The notes: generated from the letters alone by a model not told the origin. Positions 24,294 through 39,081 are shown, counted from the stretch's first letter. The stretch: 48,259 nt of DNA from Balamuthia mandrillaris (GCA_031835245.2 JAVKOQ020000032.1:248001-296259); one strand, 5' to 3'. Made by a program: numbers and translations.

Positions 24294-24718
24294 TTGTGAC
24301 TGCACTCAGTGAAATTGTGAGTTTTTTTTAATAAAAAAAAGTAGTGAGTTTCACTACTCAGCTTGACCCCCCCTCTCGACTTTTCCCCATCAATCAAATC
24401 AAACAACAAACACACACAAGAGATGGAAGAATAAAAACAAACAAAAATACGCACATGAAAGAGGTGTGGTAAAAGCAAGTAGCGCGCAAGAACAGAGGAA
24501 GAAGAAGCGGACAAAAAGAAAAGAAAAGAAAAGCAAAAAACAAATTTGTTTGGAGAAAAAATGCAGAATGCCCCTCATATCATTTTCGCGCACCATCAAC
24601 CTCACCTTCCTGGGCTTCCACGAGGGTTTTTCTTTTAATGACGTCAAGACTCTTGCAGCAAAGGAGCTCGCATTGTGCTGGATTTTGGGAGAGCTAGCAA
24701 AAAAAAGGTGGACGAGTG

Positions 24719-25614
24719 ATGGAGGCGACCCCAGGCAAAGGTTTCTCTGATCGAGACTTGGAGGCGTTGTTTCAGAGGGTGGAAGCTCTGGAGACACAAA
24801 CTTTTGGACGAACCAAGCCGCATGTTTCGCCTTATACCTCCTCGGTGACACAAACGTCAGAGAACGCGTCGGCGTCGTCTTCTTCGGGTGGTGGAAGAAC
24901 GGAAGCGGAAGAGGGAGGAGGTTCCTCGTCGACTCCTCTGCGGCCTCCTCGCAACATCTTCGAGGACTTGGAGCAAATACAAAGAGAATTGACACGGTTG
25001 GAAAAGCACGCTCCCAATTTTAACAACTTTTTTGCCAAATGTACGCTTCTTCTCTCTCTTTTCTACTTGCTCGTTCTTCTTATGCTTGTTGTTGTTCTTC
25101 TTCTTCCTAACGGTTTTTGAAGACAAACACTTTTGCGAGGTTAGCAGTGGATACTTGGGAGAGGGCGTGGTGAATGATAGCGAGGAGGAAGGCTCGAGCA
25201 TTCGTCGAAGAAAGAGTGCTGCCACGCGCACTAAACCCACCAGCATGGTTGGTGGTGACCTTCTCTCAAAAGCAGCCATTGTGTTGGCCTACGAGTCGGA
25301 AGCCAGGAAGCACGCTGAGCTAGCCCAAAGCTTTACCGCTGCTACTGACATTCTTGACAATGACAACCTTCAAAGTAAGTTTTCTCTCTTCTTTCTTCTT
25401 TCTGTTGTTTCCCTTGCTAACTACATGCAGCTGTACCATCGTTGCTGCCACGGTTGAAACAATTGGAGGCCGTCCATTTGGATCAAGTGGAGGCTTCTGC
25501 TATTCTCAACGAACGATTTGAGCAGCTGCTCAACACCTACAATGACACTGTACCTCTCGCTCGGGCGCTCTCTCTCACTCTCTCGCTCTTTCTCTTGTTG
25601 TTCTTTCTGACGCG

Positions 25615-25658
<44 letters not shown>

Positions 25659-25757
25659 AAACAGATAAACCTAGTCTCAATGCAGTTCGTGGTATGGGAC
25701 CAAACCCTCCTCAAGTTAGAGAAAGAAAAGGAAAAGGCTGAATCACAACAAAAATGA
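24719..25757 (+). CDS. DCTN3: Dynactin subunit 3 (p22/p24)-like (4 exons)
   Basis: LFQRVEALE; KAAIVLAYE; VPSLLPRLKQLEAVHLDQ; LLNTYNDTINLVSMQFVVWDQTLLKLE, matching the DCTN3 C-terminal pattern. Confidence 0.8.
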
Positions 25758-25847
25758 AGATGTAAGATACACAAAAATGCCAATAACACCAACAACAGAG
25801 ATAAGCATGTCAGAAGGTATGGCTAGAACTATTTGTTTTGTTGATAT

Positions 25848-26428
25848 TTATATGATAACTTGGTCGAGAGCATGTCTCATAAATATGTGTTGTATGAGCT
25901 TGGCCATTTGCTTCTGCGTGGCCACTTGCCGTAGGAACGGATGCTATTATTTCACAGCCCCATTCATTAGAGGCCAACAAACAACAATGCAAACGGGCAT
26001 TCGAGGAACAAACCTCCAGCAGAACTTTTGCAGTGGCTCGTTCAGCAGGATCAGAGCGAAGGCACATACTCAAAAAGTCCTTAAAGTTATCGGACCACTT
26101 ATCTGGCTCGTCCAAAGGGTCAGGGCAACCCTCCGTTGCGTACGTGAACATCGCCCTGAGGGATGACTTTTGGAAAGGAGGATGTCTGTTTGCAAGTTCG
26201 AGCAAGCTTATGGCGAAGCTCCAAATGTCGGCTGGAAGGTCATGTGGGTCTCGTCGCACCATCTCTGGCGGCATCCTTTGTGTTGAGTTGCTCGTAAGAG
26301 CCACAAGACGCGGAAAGAAACGAGGAAAGCAGAGAAGAGAAGGGTTTGTACCAAAATGGTGACCCAACCATGTCACGCCGTGGTCCACCAGAAACATCAA
26401 CGCACAGCCCAAAGTCAACTGAGAGTGT

Positions 26429-26470
<42 letters not shown>

Positions 26471-29265
26471 AAAGATGTTACATTCATGCATTCATTGGAA
26501 GAAAGAACACCAACGTACTCAATTTGATATTGCCTTTGATGGTCATCATGATGTTGCTACTCTTCAAATCGCGATGAAGCAACTTGTGATCATGCAACCA
26601 CGCTAACGCCTTCAAAAGCTCTCGCGCCACGTAAGCCACTTGTATCTCGGAGAAGCTGTGGTTTCTCACTGCTTCCGTCAATGTACCTCCCTCCATGAAC
26701 TCCATTACAATCTGTAAGATTAAAAAACCTCTATGAGAGACGGGCTGTAAGAGAAGAGAGTGGACAGCTACGAACCCATAGCTCATTCTTGAGGAAGAGA
26801 GTGGTATAGTATTTTACAATATTGGGGTGATTGCAAAACTTGAGATAGTTGACCTCTCGAAGGTTGTGCTTCTTTTCTTTGTCAAGGATATGTGGCACTC
26901 GTTTGATGGCCACCTTTCCTTTTACCTCCTTTGCGTCGCTCTTGGCAAGAAATACTCTGCCATAACCACTGTTCATTCCAATGCAATGGATTAGGTCCAA
27001 GCAGAAGCTGTGTTTTTAAAACAAAAGGTATAGAAAAGAATGTACCCTTCTCCTTGTTGGCTGAGGATCTTGATGGCCTTTCTGTCAATGACATCCCTCC
27101 TCATCAGTTCCTCTGAGTGCCAAACAAAGTTGGAGTTTATGAGACATAAACAAGCAAAGTATTATAGAAGAACGGAGAACAGGGAAATACCTTCCGTAAG
27201 AAATGGAAAGGTGCTCTTTCCTCTTACTAAAGGTAGCAGGCTGGTGGAAGGATCTCTTTGTTGTGGACTTACCTATTACATGTATTTCACGGAGTTAGAA
27301 GGAAACGATAGAACGAGAAACAAGAGCTCACCTTTTTCATAAAGATAAGTATGTTTATCAAGATATTAAAGTGCCTTTCCATCTGTTCCTGTGGTATCTT
27401 TGAAGCTTTCAGCAAGCCACGAACATCTTTTGGTAGCTCCTGTAGCGGGTTTACTCTCGTCAAACGTCTCACCAAGTGGTAACAAAAGAAGCGGTGCCTA
27501 ACTTGACATACCTCTACACAAGTTATGGGACCGGTGTCAGCGGGAGTCTCCTCGCCGCCGACATTTACGCGGGAAAAGAAGCCTTTGAGGCCTTGTTGTA
27601 TACTCTGTTTGATATCAAGCAAAGAGGTGAGAGAGAATTAGTGATAAACGCCGAACAGCGATATGCTCACCGCTGGTGCAATGTTTCGAAGCGAGTTGCG
27701 AAGTTGGTTAACTCCATTGGGAGGAACTTCTGCTTCCTTCTCCTCTCCTGCTTCAGTATTGTGACTACCCTCTGTTGATGTGATCTCCTTCTCCTCTTCC
27801 GAAACCTTATCCATGTTCCTTGCTCCCTCGGAGGATCTCCGCATGTGAGACTTGTTCGGAGGCGACGATGAGGCAGTGTCGTTCTTTTCCGGTTCGCTCC
27901 TCTTTTGAGTTGCTCTGCGACTCTTTTTACCGACATAAGTCTCTTGAGACTGAGAGAGGATGCTATGAGTTTTAGCGGGTGGAGGATTAGGGCTAGCAGT
28001 CGGCGACTGCTTTTTCTTCTTGCGAAAGGTCATGATGGTGCTTCCTCTTTGTCGCAGCATCTTGTTCCAGCTCATCGGGCTCGGCGGGGTCGCCTTTTCT
28101 GGAAGTGGCTGTTCTTGTTGTTCTGATGGAGCCAATGATGGTCCAGATGTCTTTAGTTTGGAGGCGGGCTCCACGTGTCCTGTCTCCTTTAAAGCGGGGT
28201 CCGTAGAGGACCGAGTAAGCGGAGTCTCTCCTGTTGTTGTGCCCTCTCCCTGTGTCTTTGGGGCCTTTCTTTCCTCGTTGTATAACAACTTATCGCTTTC
28301 CGTGGCCTTGGCGGGCTCTGTGGAGGCCCTCTTCTTCTTTTTCTTCTTTGTCGTTTCGTTTGTAAGGGTTGCTCCATCCGGATCGCTTACTTTTATGAGT
28401 GGCTTCGCTTTACCGCTGCGCCTGCTTCCCGTTTTCGCTTTGGACCCGCTATTCCCCTCCGTTTGTGGTTGTTTCTGGGCGGCGGCAGATTCTGCCCCCA
28501 AAGTTGAGCAAGAAGAAGAGGGAGAAGCCAAGGAGGAAGGTCCTCCGTTTAGAGAGGCGGTTCTGCGTCGAGTGGCTTGAAGTTGCTTCAAAAATTGCTG
28601 ATATTCTTCGTTCTCCTCATCCACAACGCAACCCATCTTTTGGAACAAGAGCAGCTGCTGTTGGAAAGAAGAGTTCAACTGAACGGCATGGTGTCGTTTT
28701 CGCAACCGCTCCAGAGCTTCCGGGAGTGATAAACCTTCAGCCTTCATCAACCATGATATGACTACAACAGCAGCGCGACCTGTTCCTCTGAAGCTGTTAT
28801 GGTTGAAACTTTGTAGTCAGCACTTCCACCCAAAGCAATAGACGAAAGATAACAACAACAATACCAGACGATACCTGTGCACCAGCAACACGTTTGTTGG
28901 ACCAGATAAGGCCTCCGTCATAAAGTCATGGCAGGAAGGCAGAAAAGAAAGCAGATCCTCTTCCTCCTTGTCCTGCACTTCAATGACTAGCCGGCGTACG
29001 CCCTGTGAAGTTGTTTGTATCAAAATAAGTTTACTCCATAAGGTCTGTTTGGAAGAAGAACAAAAAGAAGAATTACAGCATCTAAGAGGTTATCTGCCAA
29101 GTATATCAACTCCTCCATGACGGCGAGGATGTGAGACACATTACGACGCCTCAGCTCGGCTATGTCTCTGGAGGACGTATAATCTCCCAACAGTAGCCTC
29201 TCCCCGACAAGCGTTAGGGTGGCGGGCACCCCCGACCCGTCTTGTTCACCTTCTTTGCCCTGCAT
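25848..29265 (-). CDS. Fusion of an N-terminal dual-specificity phosphatase-like domain (catalytic Cys replaced) and a C-terminal STE20/PAK (MKC-type) kinase
   Basis: DSP part: [62 protein letters not shown]. Kinase part: [47 protein letters not shown]. Exons join in frame through a ~300-aa low-complexity linker; the exact start is uncertain. Confidence 0.85.
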
Positions 29266-30367
29266 GGGCGTCCTTGTCCTCGGCCGGATTGTGGTGAAGA
29301 CTACTGTTTTGGTCCCACAAGACACAAAGAATATTTTAGAGTCTGATTGTCCTCAGGAGGACTGCTCCTGGTGGGACGTGAACCCTGGTGGTGGGGGCGG
29401 TGTCGTTCCGGTGGGTTGCGTCTGTGAACAGACACCAAGAGTCGTCTGCAACAATTTCTTTTCCTTTTTCCTTTATTTTTTCCCTTTTGCTCAGCCTCGC
29501 TGTGGTTGTTTGTTTTTTGTCGTGTTGTTGTCTCGTGCTGCTCTCCATCGGGGTTGGACCGCTTTGTTGGTTGCTTGCGCAACGGAACAGTCGGTTGAAG
29601 GAGGAGACTTTAACCAACGAGAGAGAACTCTTCAAGGTGAGCCAATCCCTTCTCTCCCTGCACTACACCAAAATGCCCAACAGCGGCTCTGCCCATCCTT
29701 AACATTTACCTTTGTCTTGGAACTATTCGGTACGCTTCATTCTTCTCTTCTCGTCCTTTCTCTTCGCTTGCAAGCTCTCTCATCTCTTTCTTTTAAAAGA
29801 AGGATGAGCAAAGCATGCACAACGCTTTTCATTAAAGAACAGATTTTCGGGCACAAAAAGAAGGCCACCGCGGGCCGCGTCCCTCCAACAAAACAACTCC
29901 TTTTTTTTCTCTTGTATGTAGTTGCTCATCCAAACCAAGCAGTTACATCACCCGCAGGCGTAAGGCAACCCCATTGCACCCTGTTGCTTTCGGGCCAATA
30001 ATCTGTTGGTGGACCCAGAGGTATGTATGAGTATTCACTCCTCTGCAAACACTCCTCGTGGTTAGCGTAATGGGGTCGCGATCTAGGTCCAAACAAGCTG
30101 GCCAATTCTCCATCTTATTTGCCTTTTGGAGATGGGTTTTCCCCGAGTTTGCTGTGGTCAACCAGGTGCTTGACAGAGGAGGCCTCCTGTTTCGGATTGC
30201 ATCTACGCGAAGGAGGACTGGGCGGATCTTGTTCCATAACAAGAATAACGGGCCGAGCATTACTCGAACAACATTCATAAATGGGCATCTTTGATGGCCT
30301 GCCTTTTCAATGGTTCAGCGACAACAGTTCTGCAATTGTTTGGCCACAACACAACAACAGAACAAAC

Positions 30368-32813
30368 ATGACGCCAAGCCACTGCTTTCGGCCCTTGGGC
30401 AGCCACAATCACCACCGGTTGTGTTTGTTTGCACTATGGTGCTGGTTGGTGATACTGTATATACCTGCCGCCCATTCGCACAGCACTTCCAACAACACTC
30501 GTGGTTCATGTGAGGATGTCAGCGTGCTGCCCTAATGCTCCTCTCTGGGCTTGTATAAAGGTTGGCTTTGTTCTCATTTCTCATTTGTTATTTGAGTTGG
30601 CTGAAAGTTTTTTTCCCACCACAGAAAATAGAATGATATATGTGCCGCCTAATGTCACCCTTAGGGACTTGCGACTAGGGATGAGCCAGGTGCTGAACGG
30701 TTTGGCTTCCATTGGCGAACTAGACCACGGATGTACCGACGCCTTCTATCCTGCGTTTTGTGCCACCTGGGCGCGGCCCTGTGTGCGTGACGGAAACGGT
30801 ACAGACACTTTTTTCATTTACAGGTATTGGGGCTTATGATAATAATGGTCTTCGTATTTTAAAACAGACTACCTACCATTTCCTGTTCAGCCGTGCATGT
30901 CATTCTGCCACTCGTACGGTTAGGAGCGACACCTTCCCTCAAACATGTGTTTCTATTTGTACTTATGTTACCTTCAGTGAATGCATGCAGTGCAGCGTCA
31001 GAGAAGTTGGGAGTGCAACTGGGCCTGGGCTTGTACTTCCCTCATGGCTTGCAACCCCCGCTGACATGCTCGGAGCAGGAGGTGGTGGCAGGAACGGCAG
31101 TAGATTTCTACTCCACACACTTCACAATGTACCATTACCATAATGACTCTCATGACAACACAACCGAACCCAACACACTTGAGGTAGAATGCAACGCCTA
31201 CGTGGAGAGAGCAGAGGCTATCTGCGTGTACCCGTTACACAGGGAGAGCCACGCATGCGTCTTCGATTGTCCGTTGCCATCTCTAGAAGAAGAGGACTAC
31301 GATGCCGTGAAAGTGATGCAATTGGTTCTGGGGTGGTTTAGCATGGTAACCTTTTCCCCTTTGGTTTGTTCTCGTGTAAACTGGATTATTGAATACTTGC
31401 TCCCGTTCTAATGCAGGTAGGAGGGGTAGTGCTTGCAATAACGTATGGGTTACATCCGGAGCTGCGCAAGTTTCCATCCAACCTCATCACGATGGCTACT
31501 ATCTCTTCCATCATCGCGGCCTTTGCCATCATCCTTCCAACCTTTGCCACCTACGAGAACGTTTGGTGTGGCATTGATGACCACGAAAACGACTTGGTGC
31601 CTCACATAACTGTTGCCGATGATGGCCTATCAGTTGCTGTTCAGTTTACGACCACCGACCTCATTGCATATAGCGGGCTGTGCACATTTCAAGAATTCGT
31701 CCTTCATTTTGGCTTCTTGGCCTCCACTTTCTGGTACTTCATTTTTTCTTTCTTTTTTCTTCTTGTGTAAAACCCCATGGCTAACCATTACCTCCTTCTT
31801 CCTATGCCCTATGAAACAAAAAGGTGGATGATAATCTCTTTCAACATGATGATCAGTGTGCGTGATACTTTTGCTTTCGTTTTAATTGGTTTGAAAGAAC
31901 GCGGCTGATGATCTTTCTTTTACCACAACAGCTGTTCTTCAAATGGTCGCAAGAACCGCAGTGGAAGCGTGCCCTTCAGATATCTTTTCAAGTGGTAGGG
32001 TGGATGGTGCCTTTCCTGTTGGCGCTGATACCGGCAGTTGCGGGTCGCGTTGGTTTTTCCTCTGCTGATACATTGTACGTTTATCTTTCCAGTCCATTAA
32101 CTACCATAAACTAACTTCCTATTCCGGTTTGCTTACTTACCAGCTGCTTTGTGACTTTGGAGGACGATGGGGCATGGTTCATTAGCTTTTGGGTCCTTCC
32201 GGTGGGCATTCTGCTCTCCGTCGGCACTTGCCTGTTCTTGGCCTCGCTGGTGCGCATGGTCCTCATGGCCATTCACAACAACATGCTAGCCAAGGTGTCG
32301 GGTGCCTACTATCGCGTGCTCATCTTCATCTTCATTTTCCTGTTCATCTACACGGCAGTCTTCTTGTACTCCATAGCTTCCACCTCGAACCAGTCCGAAA
32401 TTGAGGCGGCCTACAGCGATTACTTCTCCTGCCTCACCTTTCTGGACTTGGAGGCCAGGAAGAACGGCTGCGACCTAGACAGCTCGGCCTCTAACTTTCC
32501 TCTGGTGGTGCTGCGAGGCATCGGCTTCTCCATCCTTGGCTTCCTGTTGTTCCTCAACTTCTTTCTCTCGCAAATGTCGTTCAGGTTTTGGGGGCGCTCC
32601 TTCATGAAGATGTTGCGAGGGGAGTGGCCTTCCGTGTTCAGCACCTCCAAGTCCTCCCACACGAGCGGCAACCGGTTCGGCGGCACCTCCAAGGAGTCGC
32701 GGAAGAAAGCCAGAGCGAAGATGACCATCCCAGCAGAAGACCAGCGAAGCGTTACCTATGAGAGTCCTTCCTCTGAGGAGGAGCAGCAGGAGCCCGCATC
32801 CCACAAACCCTGA
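30368..32813 (+). pseudogene. Frizzled/Smoothened-like 7TM GPCR (Fsl family) with Cys-rich ectodomain; one in-frame TAA at 30533-30535 (pseudogene, null allele, readthrough or sequence error)
   Basis: Signal peptide, CRD (GSCE..P*CSS..MIYVP..C..FCATWARPC..QPCMSFC..AC), CVFDCPLP, RKFPSN after TM1, seven hydrophobic segments. All introns are GT-AG and in phase. Confidence 0.75.
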
Positions 32814-32931
32814 CCCTATTATGCGCCTCTCCTTCCTTTCTGTGTTCAAAGTGTATTCCCTTTCCCCACAACCTATTAGCTGTAATTACCCACAAAACAA
32901 GTAAATAAAACACTTTAAAAAAAAAAAGGGA

Positions 32932-33693
<762 letters not shown>

Positions 33694-33848
33694 TTTTGGT
33701 GTGCTCTTCTTTGGCTGTGAGGAAGGCATCCATCCATCCATGCGCTCTGCATCTGCTGGCATGACTGCAACAGGCAGTGCGGGTCTGGTATATGTGGACA
33801 GTGATGATGCCACAACAACGGCTTGGTCTCTTGCATTTCTGTTCTTAT

Positions 33849-33851
<3 letters not shown>

Positions 33852-33893
<42 letters not shown>
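33852..33893. repeat. (GA)n microsatellite between the convergent HINT and RNase Z 3' ends
   Basis: Visible run. Confidence 0.9.
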
Positions 33894-33898
<5 letters not shown>

Positions 33899-33922
33899 TG
33901 GGACATTCTTCCTAAAAAATAA

Positions 33923-34894
33923 TCAGGTAAGGGCGGATGAACCAGCGGCAGCAGCTGCAGCAGCTGCAGCTTTGCGGCCATAGTGTCGTTCAATCATGGC
34001 CATGGCCAAATCACGAGCCACCAACACTTGCCCAGTGTAGTATTGCTGAACGTCTAGAGCTAGCTCTGTTATATGGTCTTCGCTTTGGCAGGCAGCACCT
34101 GCTTCTTCCTTCAGACGAGCGCTAAAATGAGTCAAGGCTAGCGCTTTTGCCTTTATCTGTTCCGCAAAACGCCCCACCATTGCTGTATTTATGAGGAGAG
34201 AATGAGAGAAGCAGAGGTAAGGGAGAGAACAAAAAAGAGCAGAGGAAAGATATGTACAAGGACAGGAGTGTCCTCTCTTTGGGGCTTCTTGGGCCATGCG
34301 GCTGGGCAGCGTGCACTCATGTACCAATAGGTCAGCAGCGTGTGCCAAGTCTGCCATTTGCGAGGCATCACACGTATCACCCATTATCACTGCATTCGTT
34401 CAATCTTTGGGTTAGAAGATGGTTGCTATTAAGCAGATAAGCAGTTATCGTTCATACCCACTTTGCGACCTTTGATGGTGGGTGATAGCACTTGGTGGGA
34501 ATGAATCTAACGATAATAAAAGTTGGTATTGCAGAGACGTAAAAGAAGGCAAGGAGAGAAAATGAACAGAATAGGAATAATAAGAATCAGACACAAACCA
34601 AGTGGCCAGTAGGGGATGTCACCGACAACCCAGCTTTTAGTCGTTGGTAATCCGGTCCTGGTTCTAATCCTAACGCTCTGCATTTTTCTACGTTGATGCT
34701 GTTGCCCGTTAATTGGATTTGTTCTCTCTCTCTCTCTCTCTCTCTCTCTTTAAAATGGTGAGTGATACAAACGTTCCACGTATAGGCGCCTCTTCAAAAA
34801 CATAGCCCCAACATGGTACTTTGTGTATTAAATATCCTGCCTTGATGCTGATATGTTGATCCTGATAACTAAGGTAAAGGTGTAAGTTGCGTGA

Positions 34895-34934
<40 letters not shown>

Positions 34935-35441
34935 GATGCACACAGATGCCAAACGTAATTATTGTCGGGATAAAAATCTTCCTCTCCTTGGTTACGCGTT
35001 GTTGTAGCCCTGGGCTGTATGAAGATAAAAGCCAACGAATTAATGAATTCGTGAATCATGTGGAGGTCAAGCAGGTTCAAAAAATCATAGTGAGGGAGTG
35101 GTTACGATTTTGTCTTTTCGAGTTCCGGTATAAAGCTCATGAACAAGGAACTGCCGAGACAAGATAGGGTTTATGGTGTGGAAGGTGGTCCGTAGGAAAT
35201 GCCGCACACCACTAGGCGCGTATATGTGCAGTGGACCCTTATTCTCCCATGCCGACTGGGAGCACGCTGATAGAATCAACGCTATATTTCATATGGGAAG
35301 AGAGCAGTTGTTAGTTCCAAAGCCAAAGGAATATGCAAGACACTACGTCCAACAGGAACATATACCAGGAAGACCTAACAGCTGAATAGGGAGATAGGAG
35401 CAAGGTGATATGGGTACGGTGGTTACATCAGTAAAGAGGGA

Positions 35442-35491
<50 letters not shown>

Positions 35492-36143
35492 AGCAGCAGC
35501 AGAGCAAAGAAGAAAGAGAGCCACGAACATGATCACCATGGCGGTGTGTAATAAATATTCGCTTCAACATGGCAGGAGAGACGGCATGGCTGCGAGTGAG
35601 CTGAAAAAACACACAAAAAACCCACAAAAAACCAAAACACACACACCGCGTTGCGTCCCGTCGCCGCAGTCCACCATGAAGCAGCCATGATCTGATTGCG
35701 GTAAGGTTGCATACGAACGTAAACAAACCAAAACAAAACACCCAGAAAATAAATAAAGAAAGAGAAATGCCGGCACCCGTTCGTAAAACGGTGGAGGAAA
35801 CGCCCCGCTCTACGGTTGGAATGGAGCTGGATGTCCCCAAGAACAGTACGCCCATGCCGCTGAAATCCTCCAATGAAGCGTGTTCCGTATCAACCATCTG
35901 ATGGCAACATTCGCCGCAAGTCAGCAGTGAGAGAGAGAGAGCAGAAGATGGGGTAGTAAAGACCTTACAAGTAGCGTGCGGCGAAGAACCGGAGCTACAA
36001 GCACGATATGACAGCGAAAATCGGGACTTTCTCGCCATCGAACGACACCCAGACAAAGTCATCGTTGTTGGAAGCGGTTCTTTGCCAAAGCCAAAGCCCC
36101 ACCACCGCCCCAACCCCCAGCAGCACCGTTGCTGCCGCCACAT
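33923..36143 (-). CDS. Short-form ribonuclease Z (ELAC1/RNase BN-like) with putative organellar presequence (multi-exon)
   Basis: FLGTSSSIPTVERG, VDCGDGTQ, FITHRHGDH (HxHxDH), HKVPCWGY, GLEPGP exosite, GDT, LVHECT, GHS, LTHFSAR. Confidence 0.9.
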
Positions 36144-36439
36144 CTTCTTTTTTCTTTCTGTAAAAGATATGTTTCAACCTAATAGACGTATTCCTATTAT
36201 GATCTATTCTACTTGGTAAAATTAAAGACTCCTCAGGTGATATGGAAATTTTAAGGAAAAACCGATGCAAAGACCGGAAATAGGCGGAATGCGGAGAATA
36301 CGCCGTTTTTTTTGTGGACAGAAGAAAAGAAAAAAAAAAGCTACGCGAACAAGCAAAAACAAAAAGGCGGTGGGGTGAACAACAAAAGCACACACGGCAA
36401 CAACGCGCCACACCCTACACACACGCACACACAACAGAG

Positions 36440-37094
36440 ATGTCAGAAACGCAAACTTTTCTTCCTCCAGTCTACTGGGCGCAACGTGAGGACCGAGTGT
36501 TGCTCACGATAGACTTGCAAGATGTGAAGGACGCCAAGATTGACCTCACTGAAACCAAACTGAGCTTTGCGGGCACTGCTTCTGGCAAGCACTACGCCAT
36601 CGACCTCGAGTTCTTCAAAGAAGTCGATCCTAAGGTTTGCTATGCCCTTTCTTTCTTTCTCTACTTTTTAGTTTGTTGCGAATCTCTGTTTTCTCACTAG
36701 GGGAGTGTATGACAAAATAATGTGAGCAGGAAAGCAAATGGGGAGTTACACCACGACACATCATCTTCAACCTCATCAAGAAGGAGAGTGGCCCCTTCTG
36801 GGACCGCTTGCTTAAGGAAAGCGGTAAACACTGGTTCCTCAAGGCCGACTGGGACAAATGGGTTGATGAAGATGACGACGACACTTCTGGTACGTTGTGC
36901 TCTTTTTTTTTTAAAATCGTCCTCCCCTGTTTCTCTCCGCTCCGCTCTTCCCTATTTCTTCTGCTGTGATCACATACAATGCATGCACTGAGCGCCATTT
37001 AATAACAACAGGAGCCAAGGACTTCAACCTGGACGACTTGAACATGGGAGGCTTTGGCGGCATGGGCGGCATGGGCGGCATGGGAGGCTTTGGT

Positions 37095-37129
<35 letters not shown>

Positions 37130-37223
37130 TGACTTTGGCGACTTTGGTGGTGATGAGGACGAGGATGAGGACGCGGAGGACGAAAATGACGAGGATGAGA
37201 TGCCTCCTCTGGAAGAGGACTAA
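36440..37223 (+). CDS. Hsp90 co-chaperone p23 (SBA1/PTGES3 family), 3 exons, with GGM-repeat and acidic tail
   Basis: PPVYWAQR, FWDRLLK, LKADWDKWVDEDD, (GGM)n. Confidence 0.95.
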
Positions 37224-37616
37224 GAGGGCAAAGCTTACGTCTAAGTGTGAACATTGACGAGTAAACCAATAGGCCAAATAAAGAACCTGCACGTTCGGAC
37301 CCACCACCTTGCTACATTGCCCTTACTATACCCTCCTTATCTCTTCAATAGCGTGTTTGCTTACCGGGAGAAAGCTTACTCCCACCCGTGGTGAAGGAGG
37401 TGGAGGAGAGTTGTCTCCGTTGCTGCTGGTGGGGTGTCTCTTGCTTCTTTGTTGGGTGGTGGGTAAATATAATAATGATAAACAAAGAAGAAAACCACAC
37501 AAGGAGGGCGGCGGGCGACAAGAAGCAGTTGGGCGAAAGAAGCAGCAACTCCCTTCTCCGCACTACACGTACTTTGCCATTTGCAAACAGCAGTAACCTA
37601 CTTAGGCTCTACCTCC

Positions 37617-39081
<1,465 letters not shown>

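Noticed and set aside
30533..30535. Alternative genetic code (TAA as sense)
   Set aside because: TAA ends citrate synthase, ClpB, RBX1, EF1-beta, HINT and p23 at their expected C-termini, and I saw no other internal TAA.
37043..37130. 9-bp GGCGGCATG repeat
   Set aside because: Encodes the GGM tail already known from p23/Sba1 proteins.
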